Origin: Candidatus Kaiserbacteria bacterium | GTDB taxonomy: Bacteria; Patescibacteriota; Minisyncoccia; Phycocordibacterales; Phycocordibacteraceae | Reading direction: 5' to 3' | NCBI GenBank assembly: GCA_963699165.1 | Contig: OY969413.1 | Location: 340,562 to 404,561, forward strand | DNA: 64,000 nucleotides | Part shown: positions 45,900-55,272 of the stretch, one piece after another | Layout of the letters: each line of letters begins with the position of its first letter | How positions within the stretch are numbered: the first letter of the stretch is position 1 | Position numbers and translations under genes: made by a program | The notes under the pieces: generated by a model | The model's input: the letters and a program-made list of their open reading frames with translations, nothing else | What the model was told of the DNA's origin: nothing | The model's database searches: none

Positions 45900-46748
45900 A
45901 TGGCTGCCAAAATACTTTGCATCGCCGGGCCAACTGCCTCGGGAAAATCCGTGCGCGGAATCGAGGAAGCGCTTTCGCGCTGCGGTGAAATCATCTCCGT
46001 CGACAGCCGCCAAGTGTATCGCGGGCTTGATATCGGCACTGAGAAACTTACCGCGGCAGAGATGCACGGCGTTCCGCATTATCTCATCGATATACGAAAT
46101 CCCGATGAACGATATTCAGCGGGAGATTTTGCGTCCGATGCAGCTCGATTGATTGGAGAAATATCAAGCCGAGGAAAACTGCCGATACTTGTAGGCGGGA
46201 CGCACTTTTATTTTGATGCATTGCTGCATGGATTGCCCGCAGCAGTCGACGCAAACCTGAAACTGCGCGATGCACTTGAAACATTGCCGACAGAGGAGCT
46301 TTACTCGCGCGTCCGCTCCGCGGACGCGCGACGGTCTGCCGAACTTGACCCGAAAAATCGCCGACGGCTCGTTCGCGCGCTTGAAATCGCCGCGGCAAAC
46401 GGAACGATTCCGGCGCGGACGAAGTCCGCGCCGGCCTATGAGTGCGAATGGATTGTCATCGACCCGCCGCGCGATGAACTGCGCGCGCGCATCGGCGCGC
46501 GGCTCGCGGGCGCCTTTGAGCGCGGATTGACTGCGGAGGTTGCGCGAATCCGCAACTCCGTTGCGGATTCGCGCTTAAATGAATTCGGCCTCGAATACAA
46601 AATCGTCGGCGAATATCTCCGCGGCGAGCGCACCGAGGAATCCCTCATGCCGGCGTTATCGGCAAAATTATGGCACTATGCCCGCCGCCAAAAAGCATGG
46701 CTGCGGAAACTACATGACGAAGGCACTATGGGAGCGACACTGCATTAG
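45900..46748 (+). CDS. miaA: tRNA dimethylallyltransferase
   Basis: GPTASGKS, DSRQVYRGLDIGT, VGGTHFY, YARRQKAW. Confidence 0.95.
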   Translation: MAAKILCIAGPTASGKSVRGIEEALSRCGEIISVDSRQVYRGLDIGTEKLTAAEMHGVPHYLIDIRNPDERYSAGDFASDAARLIGEISSRGKLPILVGGTHFYFDALLHGLPAAVDANLKLRDALETLPTEELYSRVRSADARRSAELDPKNRRRLVRALEIAAANGTIPARTKSAPAYECEWIVIDPPRDELRARIGARLAGAFERGLTAEVARIRNSVADSRLNEFGLEYKIVGEYLRGERTEESLMPALSAKLWHYARRQKAWLRKLHDEGTMGATLH

Positions 46749-47289
46749 GACAGAATGAGAGACCGAATTCTTCACCTGCTAATTGTGGATTTATGTCCGC
46801 GGTAGTCGTGACAGAAACATGCAATGTACACAGCACTGTATTTGATAGACCGGTCATCGAACGCAACGCATTCTCTGCCTTAAGTCGCGTTGCACCAAGC
46901 GGCTCGGCTTCAAGAATAATTTGAAACGATGAATCAGCAGGCGTGAATTGAATGCCGTATGGACTGCCTGTATTCGAGTTAACAATGTCATACACATTGC
47001 CAATCGGCAGGCCTGTTGGGATTGGAGTCACGCCGATAGTAAAGTCTTTCGAATATACAACCGCACCAGCTGTGGTTGAAAGTGGTAACGCACCAGTACT
47101 CCCCGTAACGTTAGTAGGGGTGGATGTCGTCGCTGGTGTACCAAAGGGATTTTGGTTTTGATTTTGTCCTGATCCACTTCCAGAACCCGGGGAAGGACGC
47201 AGGTACTGGACAAACAGAAAACCTGCCCATGCTCCAAGTCCCACAAGAATGAGCGCCCCACAAACGATGATGCTGTTGCGAATGTTCAT
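46726..47289 (-). CDS. Single-TM partner protein (paralogue of 48371-48919)
   Basis: PYGIQF...FQIIL...RLKAENAL..MTGLS...LC.L.V.V.T...LSFCP; overlaps the stop of the upstream gene. Confidence 0.75.
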   Translation of the reverse strand: MNIRNSIIVCGALILVGLGAWAGFLFVQYLRPSPGSGSGSGQNQNQNPFGTPATTSTPTNVTGSTGALPLSTTAGAVVYSKDFTIGVTPIPTGLPIGNVYDIVNSNTGSPYGIQFTPADSSFQIILEAEPLGATRLKAENALRSMTGLSNTVLCTLHVSVTTTADINPQLAGEEFGLSFCPNAVSLP

Positions 47290-48299
47290 GGTGAGGTTGA
47301 ATTAGTGAACAGTGTACCTCTATCGCACAAAAGAGCGAGCATTGATTTCTCCTCACCCGCGAATGAAAGACCGCATTCCCGTGCGGTTGACCACGCGCTC
47401 CAATTCCAGCTCGAGTTGTATGTTGCTACTGCCTCGGCAATGTTGTTGCTAGCAATCTCTGCCGCAGCAACGCACTGAGCGTACAAAGATTCATTTATTA
47501 CTCTTGCGCCGTAGTCGGTTCCCGAGAAAGCGCTCGGGCAATTGAGTCCTGCCATGGAATGCACCGTAAGATTAATTTGAAATAGCCCCCATGAGAAAAC
47601 ACGGCCGTCATAACTCATTTTGTCGGTCGCACTCGCCTTGTCAGTCACACCGCCGCTCTCAGCCGTGCAGATTTCCGCAGCTTGAGAAGAAGCGTTCCCA
47701 AATGCGCTGAGGTTTGAAGGGCTGCAAGGACCGGATGTTGGTACGGTACACGAACCCGCTCCGCCTCCGCCGCCAGTTGTCGTGACGGGCGTCGTCGGCG
47801 TACTTCCCGTAATCGAACCCACATAGCCCGAACCTTCTTTGAACTGACCGAGAGAACCTTCTTGAATGAGGCATGGATTAATACCCCCCGACGTAATGAG
47901 TGACGACCAGGTACCCCACGTGGAGTCGCTTGGATGATAGAGCACTGCCATAACGGCATCCACGATGAGCCAACCCGCAAGAGCTACAACAATGCCGATG
48001 ACGATATTGAGCAATATTTTTCTCGCCGTACTTTGCGCGCCCGGATTAAACGGATTGACTACGAGCAGAAAGCCCGCATACGCAATCATGATGGGCGCCA
48101 CGAAGACGACGGCGATGGTGATAAGGAAACTGATGAGGTTATTGATGACGTCGATGACCATGCCCCAGCTTGCGGGGCAGAGATTGATGGCCGAGGGAAT
48201 GATGGGGTCGAAAAACGGTATTGCGGCGTGGGTTGCCGAAGGCAGCGCGAAAGTACCGGCGAGCGCCGAAACGAGAAGGAGTGCGGAGCGAAATCGCAT
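47286..48299 (-). CDS. Pilin-like (TrbC/VirB2-type) membrane domain fused to a lysozyme-like/lytic transglycosylase domain
   Basis: Signal peptide, two TM helices (MIAYAGFLLV...ARKILLNIVIGIVVALAGWLIV), Gly/Thr linker, then ICTAESGG...SWGLFQIN...NWSAWST. Confidence 0.75.
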   Translation of the reverse strand: MRFRSALLLVSALAGTFALPSATHAAIPFFDPIIPSAINLCPASWGMVIDVINNLISFLITIAVVFVAPIMIAYAGFLLVVNPFNPGAQSTARKILLNIVIGIVVALAGWLIVDAVMAVLYHPSDSTWGTWSSLITSGGINPCLIQEGSLGQFKEGSGYVGSITGSTPTTPVTTTGGGGGAGSCTVPTSGPCSPSNLSAFGNASSQAAEICTAESGGVTDKASATDKMSYDGRVFSWGLFQINLTVHSMAGLNCPSAFSGTDYGARVINESLYAQCVAAAEIASNNIAEAVATYNSSWNWSAWSTARECGLSFAGEEKSMLALLCDRGTLFTNSTSP

Positions 48300-48347
48300 A
48301 TTCATATCATACCGCCGCACGCAGCGAACGGACGCGGCTTTCCCCAC
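47887..48347. repeat. 461-bp near-identical direct repeat, copy A (copy B at 49444-49904)
   Basis: Offset 1557 bp; two mismatches noticed; covers the promoter and the pilin-like N-terminus. Confidence 0.92.
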
Positions 48348-48370
48348 CGAACACTCGTCTGCGCGGTGCA

Positions 48371-48919
48371 TCACGGAAGCGCGGTTGCTCCACGACAAAA
48401 GCTGAATTTCAAATTCGTATGCAAATAAGCGTCCGCAACGCCGGGCATCGTCACTACAAACGCATCAAGCCGGCACATGTCTTGCGCGGAAATGCCCAGT
48501 TTCTGCTCGAGTTCTTGCTGCGCCTGTAAACGGTATTGATCGACGGGATTCTTATACAACAGGATATAGAACGTCTGCGTATCGCCGTCGTATCCGATTT
48601 GGTATGGTGAGCCGGTCTGCGACGGGTCTAGTCCGCCCGAAAGTGCGTAATACGTCTCGTCCCCTTCGTCTTTGGCGACCGAGGAGTCGCTCAAAAAATT
48701 GCGTGTCGGAATTATTTTGCCGTCGGTACTCGGTACCGAAAATGCGTACGCGCTTGTTGTAGTCGCGACGACGGTGTTTTGCGCAATCGGCAATGTCGTC
48801 GTTGTTGTCGACGTCGGCACGAATGCCAGTTGTCTTTGCGATTCAAATATGCGAACCGCAATGAAAAAACTGCCGAGCAGAAGAAGCATTGCACCGAATA
48901 TCCATGCTGCTGTTTTCAT
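48371..48919 (-). CDS. Single-TM partner protein (paralogue of 46726-47289)
   Basis: PYQIGY...FYILL...RLQAQQEL..KLGIS...MC.L...V.T...FSFC. Confidence 0.75.
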   Translation of the reverse strand: MKTAAWIFGAMLLLLGSFFIAVRIFESQRQLAFVPTSTTTTTLPIAQNTVVATTTSAYAFSVPSTDGKIIPTRNFLSDSSVAKDEGDETYYALSGGLDPSQTGSPYQIGYDGDTQTFYILLYKNPVDQYRLQAQQELEQKLGISAQDMCRLDAFVVTMPGVADAYLHTNLKFSFCRGATALP

Positions 48920-48926
48920 ATATGTA

Positions 48927-49856
48927 TCAATTACAACCGCACGATGCGCCGACGCTGACGTGCAAGTGGTCTGCCTCGGGACCTTGCCATGTCGAGCCGC
49001 AAGCGGTTGCGGCGCTTTCTATTGCGGCATTTTGCGCTGACGTTCCCCACGCTATGTCCACGGCATACGACTTCCCGACGCAGCTTACTCCCCCGTAATG
49101 GCAAGAGTGAACGGTATGCGCGCAGCCGACCGATTGTCCGCCCACGTCACACTCTTGAAATGTTTTCAAATGCTCCGGTGTAATCACGTGATCGGAAATC
49201 GACGTGACATCGAACCCCGTCTTCGTTCCCATGCATTGGATGAGTTGAGACAGGAGCGGAGAAGCGTCGCCCATTTCCGCTTGCGCATCCGGTTCGTAGG
49301 TAACCGATCCGCCGAGTGTCAATGTCGAGCCGCCCGTTGTAGTCGTTTCAACGGGATTGCTCCCAGAAATCGAGCCCACATACCCATTGCCTTCGTTCAA
49401 CTGATACAGCGAACCGGCCTGTGGCAAGCACGGAGGAATCCCGCCCGACGTAATGAGTGACGACCAGGTACCCCACGTGGAGTCGCTTGGATGATAAAGC
49501 ACTGCCATAACGGCATCCACGATGAGCCAACCCGCAAGAGCTACAACAATGCCGATGACGATATTGAGCAATATTTTTCTCGCCGTACTTTGCGCGCCCG
49601 GATTAAACGGATTGACTACGAGCAGAAAGCCCGCATACGCAATCATGATGGGCGCCACGAAGACGACGGCGATGGTGATAAGGAAACTGATGATGTTATT
49701 GATGACGTCGATGACCATGCCCCAGCTTGCGGGGCAGAGATTGATGGCCGAGGGAATGATGGGGTCGAAAAACGGTATTGCGGCGTGGGTTGCCGAAGGC
49801 AGCGCGAAAGTACCGGCGAGCGCCGAAACGAGAAGGAGTGCGGAGCGAAATCGCAT
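48927..49856 (-). CDS. Pilin-like membrane domain fused to a putative M15/Hedgehog-type Zn peptidase domain
   Basis: Same N-terminus as 47286-48299; C-terminus VTSISD...HSCHYGG...AVDI...DHLHVS. Confidence 0.7.
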   Translation of the reverse strand: MRFRSALLLVSALAGTFALPSATHAAIPFFDPIIPSAINLCPASWGMVIDVINNIISFLITIAVVFVAPIMIAYAGFLLVVNPFNPGAQSTARKILLNIVIGIVVALAGWLIVDAVMAVLYHPSDSTWGTWSSLITSGGIPPCLPQAGSLYQLNEGNGYVGSISGSNPVETTTTGGSTLTLGGSVTYEPDAQAEMGDASPLLSQLIQCMGTKTGFDVTSISDHVITPEHLKTFQECDVGGQSVGCAHTVHSCHYGGVSCVGKSYAVDIAWGTSAQNAAIESAATACGSTWQGPEADHLHVSVGASCGCN

Positions 49857-49904
49857 ATTCATATCATACCGCCGCACGCAGCGAACGGACGCGGCTTTCC
49901 CCAC
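49444..49904. repeat. 461-bp near-identical direct repeat, copy B
   Basis: See 47887-48347. Confidence 0.92.
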
Positions 49905-49976
49905 TGTCGTTCGTCTGATATCTTTTAGTCACGGCGCAACATCCTCCTCATCTTGCGCCTAATTTGGCATCGATTC

Positions 49977-50047
49977 GGGCCTATAGTTTAGAGGTAAAAC
50001 AGTGGTCTCCAAAACCACCGTCCCAGGTTCGAGTCCTGGTGGGCCCG
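49977..50047 (+). tRNA. tRNA-Trp(CCA)
   Basis: GGGCCTA/TGGGCCC acceptor, GTGGT-CTCCAAA-ACCAC anticodon arm, CCAGG-TTCGAGT-CCTGG T-arm; CCA not encoded. Confidence 0.95.
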
Positions 50048-50400
50048 CAAATCAAAAAACTGCCTTTAGGGCGGTTTTTTGATTTGCGGGCCCAAGCACG
50101 CGCGGGGCGCGTGCGTCCAGAACTCGAAAACCTTGCGAGCATATTTTGCGATTTCCTGAAGCAAAATATCCGCAAGGTGTACTGACCCTGTAAGGGCCGA
50201 GAAGCGTAATCGCGGTCCTGGTGTCCCGCCAACAAGAAAAACCTGGACTGCTCCAGGTTTTTCTTGTTGGCGAGTGCGGGAGATCTATCGAGCCAGCGGG
50301 CGACGCATCGTCGTGCTGTCGAGTGCGAGATGGCGAGGCGGGCTCCCGTTTTGTCCACGAGCGAAGCGATTGGTTTACAAACCGCAGTCCTTTAGGAGTC
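50048..50400 (+). repeat. tRNA-Trp-linked palindromic elements (two units)
   Basis: Antisense copy of acceptor and T-arm, 46-nt motif shared with the Gln locus, degenerate tRNA 3' copy at 50215-50231, ~65-nt motif shared with the Leu locus. Confidence 0.8.
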
Positions 50401-50578
50401 GCGAAAATTTTCGATCGACCCAAGAAGGTGATTCTGCTGAATCACCCAGATAGGTGATTCTGCTGAATCAGGCGAGGAAAGTATTTGTGAACGCAAAATA
50501 CAATCCTTGATATATTTCCCATTACAGTTTATACAAAAGCCAGGTACGGCTTTCGTCCGTACAGTTTGAGAGGTTTTT

Positions 50579-50863
50579 ATGTTCCGTAGTATCGCGCTCA
50601 AAGTCGCCACCGTTGACGGTGGAAGGCAAGTGTGCGCCATCGGACTTTCAGAACGGCAAATTAGCGAGCTGAAAGCGAGTCCACATCAACAGCTATTCCT
50701 GTCATTCGGCGACAACTCGTGCGGGGCCGAAATTTGGGTCGCGTTTGGACCGGGCGCAACGCCGGAAGGTTCTTGCCGAATCAGCGAACAAGCTGCTGCA
50801 GTGCTTAATCTCACGGCCGGCCTGAGCATCAGGGTATCAAATCCCTCGCTTCAATTCCTGTAA
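50579..50863 (+). CDS. Hypothetical protein (possible double-psi beta-barrel fold)
   Basis: GAGAGG SD, downstream hairpin 50862-50903; two-fold pattern IGLS....L / RIS....LNL..G..IRV. Confidence 0.55.
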   Translation: MFRSIALKVATVDGGRQVCAIGLSERQISELKASPHQQLFLSFGDNSCGAEIWVAFGPGATPEGSCRISEQAAAVLNLTAGLSIRVSNPSLQFL

Positions 50864-50912
50864 GAGCCGCACGGGGGAGACGCACCCCCGACGTGCGGCT
50901 CTTCCCTTTTAT

Positions 50913-51893
50913 TTACTTGTCCCACACAAAACCGTTCCCGAAATGGCCGTACTTTGACGTCTCGCGAAATTGCGGTTTTCGGAGTTTCAGCAGTTTGATG
51001 ATGGCATGCGGTCGCAAATCGTATCCTTTGATTTCCTCTTGTTTGCCGTCAATCGTAACAACGGCCATAAGCGGCTCGGCAACGCCAATAGCGTAGGCGA
51101 TGTGCGCATACACTTCTTTCGCTTTTCGTTTCTTCAGATAGGCAACCGCGATTTTTCGCGCGATGTATGCCCCGCTTCGGTCCACTTTCGTCGCGTCTTT
51201 TCCGGAAAAACAGCCGCCGCCAAGAGGAACATTTGGGCCGTAGTTATCGACGGCGAGTTTTCTTCCCGTGAGTCCCGTGTCCGCATTGAACCCGCCGACG
51301 AGCCACTCGCCATTCGGATTTTTCAGCCATACTTTCTCAAGCTTCAAACCTTTCGCGAGCAATGGCTCGATTTCTTTTTTGACGACTTTTACAAGCGGCG
51401 AATTTTTACCGTAGTCGGCCTTGCACACCGAAGTCAAAATCGAAATCACGTTGCCGTTATCGACCGTCACTTGCGCTTTGCCGTCGGTTGCTCCCATCGC
51501 CTTGGTGAGTTTCCGCGCAAGCACGACTTCAAGCGGCAAAAGCTCCGGCGTTTCGCTCGTCGCATACCCGACCATAATTCCCTGGTCGCCCGCGCCGTCA
51601 TTATCGACGCCATGCTGGATTTCGGGACTTTGTTCGACGACATTCACCGTAATGCCGATGCCTTCGTTGTAGCCGCACTCTTTGTACACCTGCTCTGCTA
51701 TTTTTCTGATGTTGATGCGCGCCTTCGTCGTAAGCTCGCCGGTAACCGTGATGATGCCGTGGCCGCCGAGCACTTCAATCGCCGAACGCGTATACGGGTC
51801 CTGTGCAAGACATGCGTCGAGAATTGCGTCTGAAATCTGGTCGCACACTTTATCGGGGTGGCCAATTGAAACCGATTCTGCCGTCCTAATCAT
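50913..51893 (-). CDS. metK: S-adenosylmethionine synthetase
   Basis: ESVSIGHPDKVCDQISD, GAGDQG, DTGLTGRK, GGGCFSGKDATKVDRSG, YGHFG. Confidence 0.97.
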   Translation of the reverse strand: MIRTAESVSIGHPDKVCDQISDAILDACLAQDPYTRSAIEVLGGHGIITVTGELTTKARINIRKIAEQVYKECGYNEGIGITVNVVEQSPEIQHGVDNDGAGDQGIMVGYATSETPELLPLEVVLARKLTKAMGATDGKAQVTVDNGNVISILTSVCKADYGKNSPLVKVVKKEIEPLLAKGLKLEKVWLKNPNGEWLVGGFNADTGLTGRKLAVDNYGPNVPLGGGCFSGKDATKVDRSGAYIARKIAVAYLKKRKAKEVYAHIAYAIGVAEPLMAVVTIDGKQEEIKGYDLRPHAIIKLLKLRKPQFRETSKYGHFGNGFVWDK

Positions 51894-51957
51894 GTTGGTG
51901 AATTGCTAGATAATAAAAACTCCTTCCGTTTAGGAAAGTGTCTTTATGTAGGAGACA

Positions 51958-52056
51958 TTATCTTTCCCTTTCGGGATTGGATGGAGCACCTTCTTTAATT
52001 TCTTAAAGGGTTGCCGGGAGATTGTCGAGCCAATACTCTACCTCCGCTCTTGATAA
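51958..52056 (-). promoter_or_regulatory. SAM-I (S-box) riboswitch upstream of metK
   Basis: TTATC-AAGAG...GAG..TGGCTCGA...CCGGCAACC...AGGTGC...TCC...GAAA-GATAA, followed by a terminator-like hairpin and T-run before the metK ATG. Confidence 0.88.
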
Positions 52057-52141
52057 CGTATGGAGTTGTCTTTGCATCATATAGTCACGAGACGCATTGC
52101 GCAAATTGCGCTGTGGAAATCGCCGCGGATTGAGAAATTTT

Positions 52142-53191
52142 TTAATCGGCGCTGATTTTCTGATAGACCAGTTTGGATATTTGCGCAATGACGGCGTCGA
52201 GCGCCGTGGGATTTTTCCCTTCGGTCATTGCGCACAAAAAGTACGGACGCGGAGTGTAGTATACGATTCCGCAATCGCTCAATTCGACGTCATTGACGAC
52301 GTTATTCGAGCCGTCGACGTGTTCTCCGTACTTGTGCGCTACCGTAATGCCGCTCGGTATACCCGCCGCAAGTCCCTCCGTATACGTTGACTGGCTCAAG
52401 TCCTCGAGAATTTGCTCCGAATCCGCCCAATTCAAGCTAAGCGTCCCGTTGTACAAAATTCGAAAGAATCTCGAATATTCACGAGGCGAAATTTTGTATC
52501 CTACCGAACTCGTCGCACTCGGAGATGGTATGGAAAGATCGCCGTACACGGCATCGAGCACTTGCTGATTTATCGAGTTGAGCAGCGTGTAGACGGCGCC
52601 ATTATCCGAATCGGTCAGCTCCTTCTCGACTAGCGCGGGCACCGTGTACGATTGCCCTACCTGAAGATCCGACGGCAGTGCGAAAGCAAGCTGTGCATTT
52701 ATTTGCGCGAGCGCGGGTGTGTAGGTAAGCGGCGTTGAAAGAAACTCGGGCTGCTGTTCCGCCTGCCGATAGGCGGCAATCGCCACCACGACCTTCAGCA
52801 TGCTGGCCGGATCATACAAATCGTTCTCGTTTATTCCCTCCCACTTGCCGCTGTTGAGGTCGCGCAAATACACGGCATATCGCGTAACCGTGCCGGCAGG
52901 AAGAGCGGAAACCGACGATTGTATTTCGCTCCGCACATCCGGAAAACCGTTGCCGAATTGGTCGCCCGGAAGCGAAATGCCGATGATGGGATGCAGAAGT
53001 TTGTACGGAGAAGACGGCACGAAAATCGGATGCGCTAGCGCGAGAAGATTTTCATAATATATTTTCGTCGCGAAATACGTTCCGGTGCCGACCATAAGTA
53101 TGGCCGCAACCACTCCGCCCACAGCAAGCGCGAGCGTTCGGGCGAATCTGCCCGATTGTTTCCGCGAAATTTCGTCTTTACTCTTTGCCAC
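52142..53191 (-). CDS. Serine hydrolase, class A beta-lactamase-like
   Basis: ASMLK (SxxK), SDN, HKYG; N-terminal TM. Confidence 0.85.
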   Translation of the reverse strand: MAKSKDEISRKQSGRFARTLALAVGGVVAAILMVGTGTYFATKIYYENLLALAHPIFVPSSPYKLLHPIIGISLPGDQFGNGFPDVRSEIQSSVSALPAGTVTRYAVYLRDLNSGKWEGINENDLYDPASMLKVVVAIAAYRQAEQQPEFLSTPLTYTPALAQINAQLAFALPSDLQVGQSYTVPALVEKELTDSDNGAVYTLLNSINQQVLDAVYGDLSIPSPSATSSVGYKISPREYSRFFRILYNGTLSLNWADSEQILEDLSQSTYTEGLAAGIPSGITVAHKYGEHVDGSNNVVNDVELSDCGIVYYTPRPYFLCAMTEGKNPTALDAVIAQISKLVYQKISAD

Positions 53192-53259
53192 CTACAACAG
53201 TATAGCAAAACGAACGCCCGTGAAAAACACGAGGCACGCAATGCATTCACGGCTTCATG

Positions 53260-54357
53260 TCAACGCCGACGTCGACGGTTGCTGTCTTCGGTCGTGTGGA
53301 AGAATCCGATCCAATTAAGAAATTCGCGGAATCGAGGCGGGAGCGGGTCTCTTCTTAACACAGGGAGTTTCCAATGTTCCTGCGCCTCGTTCGGCAAGGG
53401 TGCATGTTCGGGTTCGGAACCTGCTTCGTTCGGAGCGGTTTCTCTGTTTCGCCCATTCGCATTCGCAAAGAAACGAGGGTCGAATGCTGTTGGAATTTCC
53501 GGTCGCGGACTCTTTTCAGATATCTCGGCGGGTGTTTCAATTTTTCCTTTTAGTTCTTGCTTTTCCTCCGGTCCTTTCGGTCCAATGTCAGGTTCCGGCG
53601 CGGCGATTTCCGGCGCCGCTTGGTTCTGTCGTGTCTCCGATCGGTTACTTTCCGCGGCGGTAACCGCTCCCGCCTCTATCCACGACCCGACCTTCTCCCG
53701 CAATCTGAACACCGGCGGAAGTTTCTCGAGTATCGTCACATCTTTTGCTTCCATCGCCGCATTGATGATTTCTTTGATTCTGCGCGGCGGATACATCTGC
53801 CCTTTGAATTGCATATTCCCTACTCTGTCGAGCGACTTGTATAATTCTTCGATCGTAGTTGCTTCTTCAACTCGGCGGTGGCGCTCGACTTTTGGAACGA
53901 CAGCCACTTCAGGCATTTTCTTCGTCGATGAAGCCGCATCGGGCCCGGCCTTTTCGGCGGACGGCGGTTCGGCAGAATTCTCGGCTGAAGTTTTAGCGGG
54001 AGTGTTTTCGGACGACGGAACCGGCGTCGATTCTTGCACCGGAATATCGTTCGGATTCAGTATTGAGGCGGCCGTTTCCCGAAATCCGCCGATTTCCGGA
54101 ATGAGTCGAATGCTTTTCTCTTTCCTTTTAATTTGACGAAGTAACGCATTCAAATATTCCCTAACTTCCTGAGGACTTTGGTGTCGCAAATGGACATTGT
54201 TATCTTTCGCAAGCTCGTCGAGCTCCTTTTCGTTTAAATTATCGATGGCGATATGCAGCGCCTCAAGCGAATGCGCATTTTTTATTCCGTCGAAAAGTTC
54301 GTGTGCCGGTGCGGATTCAGTCGGAGCTGCTGCTGCGGGTTTGCTTTCGAGAGACAT
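53260..54357 (-). CDS. Hypothetical protein with two repeated helical domains and low-complexity linkers
   Basis: IKNAHSLEALHIAIDNL...IPEIGGFRE vs VEEATTIEELYKSLDRV...LPPVFRLRE; TAATAT-N7-ATG. Confidence 0.7.
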   Translation of the reverse strand: MSLESKPAAAAPTESAPAHELFDGIKNAHSLEALHIAIDNLNEKELDELAKDNNVHLRHQSPQEVREYLNALLRQIKRKEKSIRLIPEIGGFRETAASILNPNDIPVQESTPVPSSENTPAKTSAENSAEPPSAEKAGPDAASSTKKMPEVAVVPKVERHRRVEEATTIEELYKSLDRVGNMQFKGQMYPPRRIKEIINAAMEAKDVTILEKLPPVFRLREKVGSWIEAGAVTAAESNRSETRQNQAAPEIAAPEPDIGPKGPEEKQELKGKIETPAEISEKSPRPEIPTAFDPRFFANANGRNRETAPNEAGSEPEHAPLPNEAQEHWKLPVLRRDPLPPRFREFLNWIGFFHTTEDSNRRRRR

Positions 54358-54594
54358 AGCGGTTATATTAATTTTCGTACGTTCAGTATAGCAGGACTTT
54401 TTTCACCCGATCGGGCATGCAGCCGGTGAATTCCCGAATGCGGAAACCGCACTGCATTTCATCTTGAAACTTCTGCGATACTTCCTCGGTTCTAGTCGAT
54501 GAAAGCACCTTACGGCGGGAAAGATGCAACCGAGACGCGCCATTTGTCTCGCCGATTCGTTTACTCGAACCGGCTTACCAATCAGTTTATTCCC

Positions 54595-54774
54595 ATGGGA
54601 ATTTTCCGCGCCATCGGTTCGGGCATGTTTCTTGCCATCATCGCTCTTATGATGCCGACTGTTTTCTCGGAACTTACCAAAACGCTTATTGTGTTTCTGC
54701 GGAGTTCTCAAGAAGCGCTCACGGCAGCCGGAATTCTTGCGTCGTATGCCGGACAGATTGCTCCGGTCCATTAA
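54595..54774 (+). CDS. Small membrane protein (59 aa)
   Basis: Hydrophobic MGIFRAIGSGMFLAIIALMMP..., followed by a terminator-like hairpin at 54781-54809. Confidence 0.55.
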   Translation: MGIFRAIGSGMFLAIIALMMPTVFSELTKTLIVFLRSSQEALTAAGILASYAGQIAPVH

Positions 54775-54992
54775 ATTCTCAACCGCCTATCTTCGGAAGG
54801 TGGTTGTTTGATTACTGATGCCGACAAAATAAACGGTATCTAGCCAAATGAAGCCGTGCCGCGCGATTTTTGGCGGACAGCGCACCGTTCCGGCATGTAA
54901 TGGTTGCAACTCGACTTCGGCCATAGGTGCAGCAGGAGGAACTGCAGCGCATCGCGATGCGCAAGCTGTTTTATACACATAACCAACACTTC

Positions 54993-55193
54993 ATGAAAAA
55001 TCTTAACGTGCTTGATTGGATAGCGTTCGTGCTGCTCGTCATCGGCGGATTGAACTGGGGCCTTATCGGCTTCTTCAATTTCGACCTCGTGGCCGCTGCG
55101 TTCGGCGTACTGTCGGTCGCGAGCCGCGTTGTGTATTCCATAGTCGGTCTCTCGGCAATATACGTGATTTTCGTCCTCCTCGCGAAATCCTAG
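54993..55193 (+). CDS. DUF378 family membrane protein
   Basis: LLVIGGLNWGLIGFFNFDLV...SRVVYSIVGLSA. Confidence 0.88.
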   Translation: MKNLNVLDWIAFVLLVIGGLNWGLIGFFNFDLVAAAFGVLSVASRVVYSIVGLSAIYVIFVLLAKS

Positions 55194-55272
55194 AGCCGAT
55201 TCAATTGCGGAACCTCACGCCGCCGATGCAGCGAAGCTGCGTCGGCGGCGTTGCGCGCTATACTGTCAGCAC

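Noticed and set aside
45858-46079. N-terminal extension of ahpC (293-aa call), and the miaA extension from 45735
   Set aside because: They are mutual antisense shadows of two divergent genes; starts at 45857 and 45900 fit the domains.
47887-49904. Diversity-generating retroelement TR/VR pair
   Set aside because: The repeat covers the 5' constant region, differs at only about two sites, and no reverse transcriptase is present in the window.
50426-50470. Mini-CRISPR
   Set aside because: Only two 19-bp repeats separated by 7 nt, far too short for a spacer.
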